Below are positions 15,342 to 24,512 of a stretch of 36,270 nt of DNA, piece after piece. Position 1 is the stretch's first letter; every line of letters begins with the position of its first letter. The translations under genes and the position numbers were made by a program. Below the pieces are notes generated by a model. That model was not told the origin of the DNA and made no database searches. It saw only the letters and a list, made by a program, of their open reading frames with translations. This stretch comes from a virus (lineage: Duplodnaviria > Caudoviricetes): positions 1 to 36,270 of IMG/VR virus record IMGVR_UViG_3300030606_000028, one strand, 5' to 3'.

Positions 15342-15411
15342 GGCAGGTTGCAGGTAGAAATTCGGGGTTGCTATGCTGATTTATTTCTCCGGTGGGGTGA
15401 AAGGGGGCTAT

Positions 15412-15663
15412 ATGCCGACAACAGTTGATTGGAATGATATCGCGGCTGAGGCTTATGAGGCGTATGCTGAGGCGGTGGGGCACAAGGCGGTGAATGGAGA
15501 TGATCTGGGGCCGTGGAAGTTTTTGCGCCTGAATATACAGGCGGGTTGGATTGCGGCCAGCCGGCGAGCGGTAAAATCGGTTCAACGTGAACAACTGGCT
15601 AATCTGGACCGGATGTTTCCCGCCTCTGGGTCTCCTAATCCCCCAGGGGAGGGAATTGAATGA
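15412..15663 (+). CDS. Hypothetical protein
   Basis: ATG at 15412 after AAGGGGG. Confidence 0.6.
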   Translation: MPTTVDWNDIAAEAYEAYAEAVGHKAVNGDDLGPWKFLRLNIQAGWIAASRRAVKSVQREQLANLDRMFPASGSPNPPGEGIE

Positions 15664-15785
15664 CCGGCGATCTCAAGGCGATGCTGCTGGTTCTGGTGGC
15701 GTTGGTCTATGTGGTGGTGTTGGAGGCATACGGTCGTGTCGTTATCTCGCGGCGGTTCGCGCAAGTGCGGCCATCGGTACGATAG
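15660..15785 (+). CDS. 41-aa hydrophobic peptide
   Basis: Manual translation MTGDLKAMLLVLVALVYVVVLEAYGRVVISRRFAQVRPSVR; ATGA overlap with the upstream stop; GGAGGG SD. Confidence 0.4.
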   Translation: MTGDLKAMLLVLVALVYVVVLEAYGRVVISRRFAQVRPSVR

Positions 15786-16194
15786 CGGCGATCGCTGTCG
15801 AGCCTGGGCCATGCGCGGCTCTGATCCGCCCCGGTGCGCCGGGCACCGGTTGGATGGGGGGCCGAGAGTGGGCGCGCCGGTGGGGAATGAGAACCGGCTG
15901 ACGCACGGCTGGTACCAGAAGCCGGTTGGCCCGGTGGTGACCATCGAGGACGCGGTTCAAAACCTGGGGGAGCAGTTGGCTCGGTCTACCGAGATTTTGG
16001 GGCAGACTGAGGACCCGGAGTTATTTTTGAGGATATTTAACCTGCACGCCCAGGCGCTCAGTCGGCAGGGTAGATTGCTGCGGGATCAGCGGGCGCTCAG
16101 CGGCAAAACGGCCAATGGGCTGCTCGACGCGATCGCGGCGGCCATCGATGAAATTAGCACGGAGTTTAACATTCCGTTGTTGCAACAGGACTAG
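15709..16194 (+). CDS. Putative small terminase subunit
   Basis: Cys/His N-terminus and GAPVGNENRLTHG motif; lies upstream of the large terminase; start uncertain. Confidence 0.6.
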   Translation: MWWCWRHTVVSLSRGGSRKCGHRYDSGDRCRAWAMRGSDPPRCAGHRLDGGPRVGAPVGNENRLTHGWYQKPVGPVVTIEDAVQNLGEQLARSTEILGQTEDPELFLRIFNLHAQALSRQGRLLRDQRALSGKTANGLLDAIAAAIDEISTEFNIPLLQQD

Positions 16195-16198
16195 AACC

Positions 16199-16480
16199 GT
16201 GACCGAACTGGAAGACCGGAAAGAAAAAAATAAACCAAAAAATGGTATGGAGCGACTGAAGGCGGCGATTGACCGGCTGACGCCCCCGGTTAGTGTCTCC
16301 GGCCCGCACCCCAAGCGTGAGGATGGTCTGGATCCCTGGATTGACTATCGGCTGGCTCAGATCGAAAGCCGGTTGAATTGGTTGACCCGGGCGGTGTTGC
16401 TGATTGGGGTGGCGCTGGCGTTGCTGATCTTGGGGGTCGATAAAAGTCAGGTACTGGAGCTATTTTTGCTCGCGGGCTGA
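16199..16480 (+). CDS. Small membrane protein with coiled coil and C-terminal TM (possibly holin-like)
   Basis: RLAQIESRLNWLTRAVLLIGVALALLILG; start uncertain. Confidence 0.5.
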   Translation: MTELEDRKEKNKPKNGMERLKAAIDRLTPPVSVSGPHPKREDGLDPWIDYRLAQIESRLNWLTRAVLLIGVALALLILGVDKSQVLELFLLAG

Positions 16481-16491
16481 TCCGGCGCCTG

Positions 16492-18024
16492 GTGCAGGTG
16501 CTGCTCTCGATTCGGCTCTATTCGGTGATTGTGATCCAGAAGCCGCTTCGGGGCTACCAGGTTGGCCCGGCCGACGCGGTGATTCAGAGTTGTTTGTATC
16601 GGGAGGGGCGTGAGTTCCTGTGGATCTTTCCCCGGCAGTCGGGCAAGGATGAGTCGGTGGCCCAGATGTGTGTTTTTCTGCTGACCCTGTGTCAGCGGGT
16701 TGAGGCGGGCCTGGTTCACGTCTATCCGACCGGCACCCAGACCGCCACCGGCGTCTCCAGGCTGGAGAACCGGCTGGAGAATTTATGGCTGGGGGGGTCG
16801 TGGTGGAGCAAGAGCAAACCGGTACGGCGGGGCGTTGGCCAGGCGCAGGTAGCTTTTTTTTCGGGCCATCCCCAGGCGAAGGCGGAGGGCGCGACGGCCA
16901 ATGTGCTGCTGATCATCAATGAGGTACAGGATCAGGACGAGTCCGTTGTGGAGCGACGCTTTACCTTTATGCGAGCTTCCACGAATGCTACGGCGCTCTA
17001 CGTCGGGACGGTCCGGACCACATCGGACTACCTGTGGCGGGTTAAGCAGCGCCTGGAGAAGCTCGAAGCTGAGGATGGCCTGCAGCGGGTATTCATTGTA
17101 CAGGCTGACCGCGTTGGTCAGGAGAACCCGGCTTACCGGGAGTTCGTTGCCAACCAGATCCGGCAGAAGGGGCGAGAGCACCCGGTCGTAAAAACCGAGC
17201 TCTTTAACGAACCGGTTGACGTGGCGGCCGGCCTGTTTCCGAGACGCCGCCGGCAACTGATGCAAGGCCGGCACCCCCGGCTCGACGCACCCCGGCCGGG
17301 GGAGATCTACCTGGCCCTGGTTGACGTGGGTGGCCAGGATGAGGCGGCCGTGACCGCGTTCGCCGAACTCGACAGCCCCGGCCGCGACTACACGGTCGTC
17401 ACGATCTGCCGGGTGGTGCGTGACGAGAGCCTGATCGGGCCGCGCTATGAAGTGGTCGACGTGTGGGTTGACCATGGTAGTCGCCATTTTCAGGAATTTC
17501 AGGGCCGGCCCAGCCTGTTTAGCCGGGCGCTGGCTTACCTGGGGCACTGGGGTGTGACGGCGGTTGTGAGCGATATGACCGGCGTCGGCCAGGGGGTCAC
17601 GGATGCCCTCATCGAGAAGTACCACCGGCCGGTGTTTGGTTTCGACTTCGCCAAGACTCACAATAAGAGCCGCTTGGGGAATGACTTTCTGGCGACGGTT
17701 GAGACGGGGCGGTTCGTGTATTTCGCCGATGGGCGGGAGGATGAAGGCACTGATTGCTGGTGGTTTTTCCGCCAGGCTGAGCAGTGCGGGTATGAATTGT
17801 CGGAGGGTGTGCCCATCGAGCGGGGGATGAAGTGGGGGGTGAAGGCGACGGCTAAGATAATGGCCCTGGGGGAATTGGTCCCGGTTCACGATGACCGGCT
17901 GCTCTCGGCGGCGTTGACGGCTGAGGCGGATAGGTTGTATCGGGAAGGTGAATTGTTCCTGTCGACGGGCGAGTCGGCGGTGATCGAGAGGTATGAGCGG
18001 GATGATACCAACAAATGGAGCTGA
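16492..18024 (+). CDS. terL: Large terminase subunit
   Basis: Walker A RQSGKDE, Walker B LIINEVQD, and nuclease motifs VDVGG, SDMTGVG and HDD. Confidence 0.88.
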   Translation: MQVLLSIRLYSVIVIQKPLRGYQVGPADAVIQSCLYREGREFLWIFPRQSGKDESVAQMCVFLLTLCQRVEAGLVHVYPTGTQTATGVSRLENRLENLWLGGSWWSKSKPVRRGVGQAQVAFFSGHPQAKAEGATANVLLIINEVQDQDESVVERRFTFMRASTNATALYVGTVRTTSDYLWRVKQRLEKLEAEDGLQRVFIVQADRVGQENPAYREFVANQIRQKGREHPVVKTELFNEPVDVAAGLFPRRRRQLMQGRHPRLDAPRPGEIYLALVDVGGQDEAAVTAFAELDSPGRDYTVVTICRVVRDESLIGPRYEVVDVWVDHGSRHFQEFQGRPSLFSRALAYLGHWGVTAVVSDMTGVGQGVTDALIEKYHRPVFGFDFAKTHNKSRLGNDFLATVETGRFVYFADGREDEGTDCWWFFRQAEQCGYELSEGVPIERGMKWGVKATAKIMALGELVPVHDDRLLSAALTAEADRLYREGELFLSTGESAVIERYERDDTNKWS

Positions 18025-18235
18025 GCGGCGCCGCTCGCTGTTGGAGCGGATGGAGTGGTTCATCCGGGACTATGTGCGGCAGCGCGGCTATGCGCCGACC
18101 TACCGGGAGATCGGCCGGGAGGTGGGGGTTAACAGTACGTCATTGATCTCGACCTATCTGTCGATCCTGGAGAAGCGTGGGGTTATCCGGCGGCATAAGG
18201 GCGTGGCCCGGGGAATTGTGGTGATCGATGGCTGA
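17993..18235 (+). CDS. Stand-alone LexA DNA-binding domain without peptidase domain
   Basis: GYAPTYREIGREVGVNSTSLISTYLSILEKRGVIRR...ARGI. Confidence 0.85.
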   Translation: MSGMIPTNGAERRRSLLERMEWFIRDYVRQRGYAPTYREIGREVGVNSTSLISTYLSILEKRGVIRRHKGVARGIVVIDG

Positions 18236-18461
18236 GTGCACCCAGGCCGGGAAATGCCCGGAAGGGACCAACAAGGTCATTTTCGAGGAGTGGGTGGCTG
18301 ATCCGACGTCGCCTGAGCGAAACGATCCGGATGAAGTATGTACCAAACGAAATGAAAAAATTTACCGGCGTGGGCTGGGGCCTCAACCCCCGGCTCACTA
18401 TGGCTGCAAGTGTAAGCGGGTATTTCACCATTGTGAGTGTCGCAAGAGGGTTATTCGATGA
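18228..18461 (+). CDS. Small Cys-rich protein resembling the C-terminus of MuF/SPP1 gp7 head morphogenesis proteins
   Basis: C...PPAHYGCKC, similar to the P-x-H-x-x-C-R-C motif. Confidence 0.5.
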   Translation: MAECTQAGKCPEGTNKVIFEEWVADPTSPERNDPDEVCTKRNEKIYRRGLGPQPPAHYGCKCKRVFHHCECRKRVIR

Positions 18462-19921
18462 GTAGGCCCCAACCTCCTGGTTTGATGGACCGCGTCCGTA
18501 GTTTCATCTCGCGTGGCCTGGCCACCGTTTCGACCTGGTTGGCCGCCATCAGCGCCCGGGTCAAAGACGGCGATCCGGGTTGGACTCAACTCAGTGGCGG
18601 CGGCCCGGCCGACCGGCCCTGGTATGAGCGCTACGAGGACCTGCTCGATGCCTTGGAAGCCTGGAAGCGCAATTTCCTGATCCGGCAGATCGTGCGGCTC
18701 ACGACGGCCTATGTGGTTGGCGACGGGATTAAGGTTAGCAGCAAACGCCGGGGGGTGGACCGGTTTATTCAGGAGTTTTGTGGCCATCCGGAGAATCGCA
18801 TCGCCAAGCGTCTGGTCAAATGGAGTGATGAGTTGGTCCGAGCCGGGGAAATTTTTATTGCTCTGTCGGCCCCGAACCCGCTGAATGGTATGTCCTATGT
18901 GCGCGAGATCCCCGCGAGTTGTGTCCCCTTCATTTTGTGTGACGAAAACGACTATGAGCGGCCCCTCGAATTTCACGAGCAAAACCCACACACCTATAAC
19001 CTGGAGCCGAAGATCTGGAAGAGCAAGCACGTGGCTATGCCCGGTGAACCGTTGCTACTTCATTTCAAGATTAACGAGGTCGTGGGGGCAACCCGGGGCG
19101 AGTCGGACCTGGGGCCGGTGCTGCCGGTGGCCGAACGTTACACGGCCTGGCTGCGGGACCGGGTGGATTTCAACCGGGTTCGGACGGAAATGGCCGTGGT
19201 TGACATTGAGGTCGAGGATGACACCCAAGTGGCCGCCAAACAGAAACAGTACGAAACGACGTCTCCGGTCCGGGGATCGATCTATGTGCACGGTCGCGGG
19301 GAGAGGATTGAGTTTCCTTCGGCGAATCTTCAGGGTTGGGACGCCTCGCCCGATGGCCGGGCGCAGCGGCTGGCGGTGGCCACGGCGGCCAATATTCCGC
19401 TGCATTTTCTGGCTGAGGGCGACTCGGCCACCCGCAGCACGGCTGTGGAGATGGGCGACCCGACTCATCGGCATTACCGGATGAGGCAAGCGGACCTGGG
19501 CGATATGTTGATCGAACTCGTTACGGTGGCGTATGAGCGGGCCGTAGCGATTGGAAAAGCGAAAAGTTATAAAAATAACGACTTAAAAATTGAGGCTGAG
19601 GCGCCGGACATTTCGCGAGCGGACAATGAGGCCCTGGCCAAAGCGGCCTTAACGATCGTGACCGCCTTTGGCAAGATGCGAACCTTTGGCTGGATCACCG
19701 ATGAGATGGCGGTTCGGCTGAGTTTTAAATTTGCTGGTGAGATCCTGACCGAGGAACAAATTACCGATATTTTGGATTGGAGCGAAGAGCATGGACGAGA
19801 AGCAGCAGACGGAGACGGCTCCGAAACCGAAACCGATGAGGGAGGAGAAACCGGCGAGCTTCGACGCAACGGAGCGAATTTACATACCGCTGCGTTTGAC
19901 GCAGTTACAAGGGGCTGGTGA
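18458..19921 (+). CDS. Portal protein
   Basis: ~490 aa between terminase and capsid; GEIFI and RGESDL motifs. Confidence 0.8.
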   Translation: MSRPQPPGLMDRVRSFISRGLATVSTWLAAISARVKDGDPGWTQLSGGGPADRPWYERYEDLLDALEAWKRNFLIRQIVRLTTAYVVGDGIKVSSKRRGVDRFIQEFCGHPENRIAKRLVKWSDELVRAGEIFIALSAPNPLNGMSYVREIPASCVPFILCDENDYERPLEFHEQNPHTYNLEPKIWKSKHVAMPGEPLLLHFKINEVVGATRGESDLGPVLPVAERYTAWLRDRVDFNRVRTEMAVVDIEVEDDTQVAAKQKQYETTSPVRGSIYVHGRGERIEFPSANLQGWDASPDGRAQRLAVATAANIPLHFLAEGDSATRSTAVEMGDPTHRHYRMRQADLGDMLIELVTVAYERAVAIGKAKSYKNNDLKIEAEAPDISRADNEALAKAALTIVTAFGKMRTFGWITDEMAVRLSFKFAGEILTEEQITDILDWSEEHGREAADGDGSETETDEGGETGELRRNGANLHTAAFDAVTRGW

Positions 19922-21908
19922 GAGCCAGGGCCGGGTTGAGTATGGGGTGAGTTTTATCCGGGCGGGGTATGTGCGGCAGCGAAATGGTAGGTCTTCGAAC
20001 TGGCTGATTTTGCCCCAGGCGGTCCAACGAGCGGCGCCGCTCTTTAATAACCTGGCGGTGTTTATTGATCATGCCTCGCTGGCAACGTTATTCTATCCGC
20101 AGTTGAAGGATGCGGTGGGGGTGACTTTTGGACCGACCTGGAATGGAGAGAACCAGAGCATTGATGGTGGGGTGCGGCTGAGCAATCGGCCTGATTTGGA
20201 TTGGTTCCGCTTTTATCTCCAGGAGTTTTGGGAGGATCAGCAGGCCGGCCGAGAAATTCCGGACGTGGGAATGTCGGCGGTGTTGCCGGGTCTTGCGACT
20301 CGGCGGGTTGTGCTTAAGGAGGTGGATGGGAATGAGGTTGTTGAGCGACAAACGTATGAGATTAGCCATGCGGAGTCGGTCGATTTTGTGTTTGGTCCGG
20401 GCGCCGAAGGTCGGATACGCTCGGTTTTGGGTTTACTCAATCAATTTGGAGGTTTTACGATGGATGAAGATAAAAATCCGGCCCAAGAGACTACTACGGG
20501 CCAGAACTCCCCCCCGGCTACACCCCCCCCAACCCCCCCGACTTCGGGGGGGGGGGGGGCGGCCCCGGTTACGACGGTAGCCCTGGCGGCTCAAGCTGCT
20601 CCGACCAATGGTGATGGCGGCCAGGCTTTGGAAGCGCGCATTTTGGCGCTGACCAGCCAGGTCGATCAACTGACCAGTGGGATGGAGAAGCTCACCGAGG
20701 CCCTGGTTGGGCGGGAGGAGCGGCGGGTGATCAATGATATGGGCCTGGGCCATGCGCCGCGTGACCGTGGGGCGCAGTTGTATGGCATGACGGTGCCTGA
20801 GGATGACTTTCGCAATGCGGTTAACTGGATGTTTGGGGTAGCTGAGGCGAAGCTGCCTAACCCGCAGCTCCGTAGCCCGAAGTTTCTGTATGAGGCCCTG
20901 ACCGGCGACTTTGCCTGGCAGGATCAATTTGATCGTGGTCTGGTGGTGCTGGGTTCGGCCAATCCGACCACCCTGCCCGGCATGGCAGTCGATGCCATGA
21001 ACCGGGTGATCATTGGTTTGTGGGACGGGCTGATGACTTATCGTTGGTTTGAGGAGGTTGTGGCTGTGCAACCAAATAATGGCACGTTACATGATATGAA
21101 TTGGGTGCAGTTCGGTGGGATTTCCAACCTGCCGGTGGTTAGCGACGGTCAGCCCTACACGGAGCTGACGGTTGACGATAGCAAGGAAACCGATGCCTAT
21201 ATCAAGTATGGGGGCTATGTGGGCATCACCCGTAAAATGTTGCGGAACTCGGACATTGCCCGGATTCAGTCTGTGCCCAGGGCGCTGGCGGTGGCGGCGG
21301 TGCGCACTCGAAGCGCGGATATTGCGAGTATCTTCACCGATAATGCTGGGGTCGGTCCGACCCTGGATCAAGATTCGACCGCGCTGTTTCACTCCGACCA
21401 TGGCAATGTGGCCACGACTGCGTTCAGTTGGGCGGCCTGGGAAGCGGCCCGGCTAGAATGCTACAAGCAGACCGAATTAGGTAGCGCCAAGCGGCATGGG
21501 CTGTGGCCGCGCTACTGGTTGGGCCCGGCCGATCTGTATGGAAAGGCCTTGCAGTATTTTGGTTATGGTGCTGGCCCTGGCGGTGAGCCGGATACGGCGG
21601 AGAACAACGTGAACCCCTATGCTGAGTCTCGCCCTGGCGACCCGCGTCCGGTACCACTCGCGGTGCCGGAGTTCACTGACACGAACGACTGGGCTTATGT
21701 GGCCGCTCCGATGATGGCCAGTATCCTGCAAATGAGTTACTCCCAGAACCCTGGCGGCCGGTCTCATCCATTGCCGGAGCTGTTTAGTGTGGCCTCGGAG
21801 ACCGGGGGCCTGATGTTCACGGCTGATACTATGCCGATAAAAGTCAGGGATGAATATGCGTTTGGTGTGGCGACGTACCGGGGTATCGGCAAAAGAAACG
21901 TGACTTAA
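19791..21908 (+). CDS. Prohead protease/scaffold-major capsid fusion (Mu gpT-like capsid)
   Basis: N-terminal VFIDH...GMSA...SVDFVFGPGAEG; C-terminal KYGGYVGITRKMLRNSD and ALFHSDHGN; internal GGAGG-ATG at 20460. Confidence 0.82.
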   Translation: MDEKQQTETAPKPKPMREEKPASFDATERIYIPLRLTQLQGAGESQGRVEYGVSFIRAGYVRQRNGRSSNWLILPQAVQRAAPLFNNLAVFIDHASLATLFYPQLKDAVGVTFGPTWNGENQSIDGGVRLSNRPDLDWFRFYLQEFWEDQQAGREIPDVGMSAVLPGLATRRVVLKEVDGNEVVERQTYEISHAESVDFVFGPGAEGRIRSVLGLLNQFGGFTMDEDKNPAQETTTGQNSPPATPPPTPPTSGGGGAAPVTTVALAAQAAPTNGDGGQALEARILALTSQVDQLTSGMEKLTEALVGREERRVINDMGLGHAPRDRGAQLYGMTVPEDDFRNAVNWMFGVAEAKLPNPQLRSPKFLYEALTGDFAWQDQFDRGLVVLGSANPTTLPGMAVDAMNRVIIGLWDGLMTYRWFEEVVAVQPNNGTLHDMNWVQFGGISNLPVVSDGQPYTELTVDDSKETDAYIKYGGYVGITRKMLRNSDIARIQSVPRALAVAAVRTRSADIASIFTDNAGVGPTLDQDSTALFHSDHGNVATTAFSWAAWEAARLECYKQTELGSAKRHGLWPRYWLGPADLYGKALQYFGYGAGPGGEPDTAENNVNPYAESRPGDPRPVPLAVPEFTDTNDWAYVAAPMMASILQMSYSQNPGGRSHPLPELFSVASETGGLMFTADTMPIKVRDEYAFGVATYRGIGKRNVT

Positions 21909-21941
21909 AACTGAAAAACTAATTTAGAAAGGAGCTTTACT

Positions 21942-22301
21942 ATGCAAGGACATCATTTTCCGGTGGTGGTGTTCGTCCCTGGGACTCTTGGGGCAAACCA
22001 CCACTTTGAATTTATTGCGCCCTTCGATATGACTTTGGAGAAGGTGAGCGCCAATTGCGACGCCTCGACCTCGTTCATTTTGGATATTGGCACTACGGCC
22101 GACACCGACGCTTATCTGGATGCGGTCACTGTGACCGGGGATGGCACGACGAGTACTGAGTACGATCGGGATGATTTCGTGGGGGGCGAGCACATCCATG
22201 TTGTGAAGGGGACTCACGTGGTAGCTACGATTGACTATGACGGTGGGGGGGGGGCCGACTCGGCCGGCGTCTCGATCCTGATGACGTTCCTGGAAGGTTG
22301 A
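21942..22301 (+). CDS. Virion protein (possible decoration protein)
   Basis: Follows the capsid gene; AAAGGAG SD. Confidence 0.6.
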   Translation: MQGHHFPVVVFVPGTLGANHHFEFIAPFDMTLEKVSANCDASTSFILDIGTTADTDAYLDAVTVTGDGTTSTEYDRDDFVGGEHIHVVKGTHVVATIDYDGGGGADSAGVSILMTFLEG

Positions 22302-22306
22302 GGGAT

Positions 22307-23413
22307 ATGTTGAAAAATAAAAAATATCTAATTCTTTTTGTCCTGGCCCTGTTGCTCTTGGCGGCCATTCCGCTCTCCCGGCCGACCCGATTCAGCGCCC
22401 TGAGCGCGACTTGCACCGACTGCACCACGGCCACCCCGGTGGGTGAGTTTGACAACTCGGACGGTACGAACGATATCCTGGTGTTGCGGGATAACGGCAC
22501 GCCGGTCTGGACGCTCAACGATGGCGGGGATGTGGTCGCCTCGGGCGGCCAATCCGGTTTGGAAAACCTGGTGGTTTCGGCCCCGACCGCGATTGGCACG
22601 GCCACGCCGGCGGCGTTGATCAATTCGGCCGGTGGGGTCTCGAACTTGCTGGAGGTGCGCGACTCCAGTACGCCGGTGTTTACCATTAATGATGGTGGAG
22701 CCTGGCTGACGACCGGAGCCGGGACTCATAGTAGTGGTCAGACGGTCAATGATTGGATGAAGGTGGCTGTTCCGACTGATATCGCGACGGCGACGCCGGG
22801 CGTGGTGATCGACAGCGCCGGGGTGAGCAATATCTTGGAAGTGCGGGATGTGGCTACGCCGGTTTTTGCGATTCGTGATGGGGGCGTTCACGAATTTTTG
22901 AACGGGGAGCTAACCCTCAGCACGACCACGTTCGACATGAACGATACCCTGATCGACCAGGACCTGGGCGTTGAGAATTTAGGCCAGTTGCCGACCGTGT
23001 GCAGCCTGACGATTACCTATACCGTCGCGGCCGGCGGTACGGGGACGGTCTGCTCCATCGGGGCAGGCGAGATCTGGTATATTCACGCCGTGTTTGCCGA
23101 GGTGACCACGGACTTCGACGCGTCGGGCGACGATGCCCTGGTCGAGATTGGCGACGGGGGCGATACGGACGGCCTGCTCGATCTGGATGACGCCGAACTG
23201 CAAGCGGCCGATACCGAGGGTACCGGCGCGCCGGCCGGCTGGCAGGGGTTTATGAGCACGGACACTCGCGGGGCCTATCTGGCCAACGGGCACGGGTTCA
23301 TCTACAGCCCGGCCGGGGCTGAGACCATCGATTATATCATCGATGAGACTTCGGGCGAGACGCTGACGGCCGGGGAGTTGACGGTCTACGTAATTTACAC
23401 GAGGCTGCAATGA
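22307..23413 (+). CDS. Acidic virion-associated protein with N-terminal hydrophobic signal and internal repeats
   Basis: YLILFVLALLLLAAIPL; three repeats of (N/D)xLxxRDxxTPVxxxxDGG. Confidence 0.65.
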   Translation: MLKNKKYLILFVLALLLLAAIPLSRPTRFSALSATCTDCTTATPVGEFDNSDGTNDILVLRDNGTPVWTLNDGGDVVASGGQSGLENLVVSAPTAIGTATPAALINSAGGVSNLLEVRDSSTPVFTINDGGAWLTTGAGTHSSGQTVNDWMKVAVPTDIATATPGVVIDSAGVSNILEVRDVATPVFAIRDGGVHEFLNGELTLSTTTFDMNDTLIDQDLGVENLGQLPTVCSLTITYTVAAGGTGTVCSIGAGEIWYIHAVFAEVTTDFDASGDDALVEIGDGGDTDGLLDLDDAELQAADTEGTGAPAGWQGFMSTDTRGAYLANGHGFIYSPAGAETIDYIIDETSGETLTAGELTVYVIYTRLQ

Positions 23414-23796
23414 TTGACCGGATCGAGTTTAGCACCGGCGCGGCGGTGGGCGTGGCGGGCAGTGCTACGGCCACGGATCATAGCCCGCACGTACAGGGCA
23501 AGGTGCTGGCCGCCTACGTGAAATATGAAGGCAGCCCGCCGGTCGGCACCACGGATTTTACGCTGAGCGACGAGATGGACCCGGCCAGTGAGGCGATCAT
23601 TAGCTTGAGCAATAGCGCCACGGACCAGAAGATCTATCCCCGGCGAATCGTTGAAAAAAATGACGGCACCGATGTGCTCTATACCGCCGGTGAAGAAGTT
23701 CACGAGCCATATGTGGTTCACGGCCGGCTGGAGGCCACGATTGCCCAGGCTAATGAGGATGACTCGGTGACCGTAACGGTCTGGATCGAGACGTAG
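23410..23796 (+). CDS. Hypothetical virion protein
   Basis: 128 aa coupled ORF. Confidence 0.65.
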   Translation: MIDRIEFSTGAAVGVAGSATATDHSPHVQGKVLAAYVKYEGSPPVGTTDFTLSDEMDPASEAIISLSNSATDQKIYPRRIVEKNDGTDVLYTAGEEVHEPYVVHGRLEATIAQANEDDSVTVTVWIET

Positions 23797-23811
23797 AAAG
23801 GATAGTGAAAA

Positions 23812-24108
23812 ATGGAAAAAAAATTACCCCAGGAAGTGATCGCAGCCGTGCGCAAGCTCGAGGCTGACCCGAGCTGTGAGCACGACTCCATCGATGAGCA
23901 CGCCTTGATGGGCTTCACGGTCTACCCGGATGAGGTGGTGTTGGTGATCGCCACCGGCCAGAAATACCGGGTGCGGATGTCGGGCCTACTCGATTGGTTC
24001 CGGGCGCGCCTGGCGAAGCCCAAGACGATGGAAGCGCAACCCCCCCCCAACCCCCCCCGCTCGCAGGGGGGGAGTAGTTTGGAGGGTGGGAAGCCCAAAA
24101 AGAAATAA
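23812..24108 (+). CDS. Small hypothetical protein, paralog 1
   Basis: LMGFTVYPDEVVLVIATGQKYRV. Confidence 0.65.
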   Translation: MEKKLPQEVIAAVRKLEADPSCEHDSIDEHALMGFTVYPDEVVLVIATGQKYRVRMSGLLDWFRARLAKPKTMEAQPPPNPPRSQGGSSLEGGKPKKK

Positions 24109-24315
24109 ATGGAGCGGAAGCGCTTTGGCGATGCTACGCCGCAGCAGGTGATTATGGCGGCCCGGCTCAAGGGGGTCGAGCTGAACCTGATTATGGGCTG
24201 GACCGAACGGGCGGATGGGGCCGGGGTGATTTTGCGGCTGGTGTCGGGGCGGCTGGTCTATGCGCCTTTTCCTGGGAAAAGTGATCCCCCGCCGGGGGGA
24301 GAGGAGAATTTATGA
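24109..24315 (+). CDS. Small hypothetical protein, paralog 2
   Basis: IMGWTERADGAGVILRLVSGRLVY. Confidence 0.6.
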   Translation: MERKRFGDATPQQVIMAARLKGVELNLIMGWTERADGAGVILRLVSGRLVYAPFPGKSDPPPGGEENL

Positions 24316-24512
24316 CTCTGCAAAATGGCGAGACGCTGCCTCTGGTGGTGATTGGGGCGGCGGCGATTGAGGCGGTGGATCTGGATGATATTACTGCCTG
24401 GACGATTGGGCCGGGGATCGTGACATTGCTTCTGGCCGACGGCGACGAGCGGGAGGTCGAGATTTCGCCGGAGTTGCAAACCTGGCTGGAGCGAGACGAT
24501 GACCGCGAGTAG
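24312..24512 (+). CDS. Small hypothetical protein, paralog 3
   Basis: ITAWTIGPGIVTLLLADGDEREV. Confidence 0.6.
   Translation: MTLQNGETLPLVVIGAAAIEAVDLDDITAWTIGPGIVTLLLADGDEREVEISPELQTWLERDDDRE

Noticed and set aside
16783-18063. 426-aa antisense ORF to terL (likewise 12011..12919, 27667..28953, 28689..29930)
   Set aside because: Shadow frames of GC-rich genes with clear motifs on the opposite strand.
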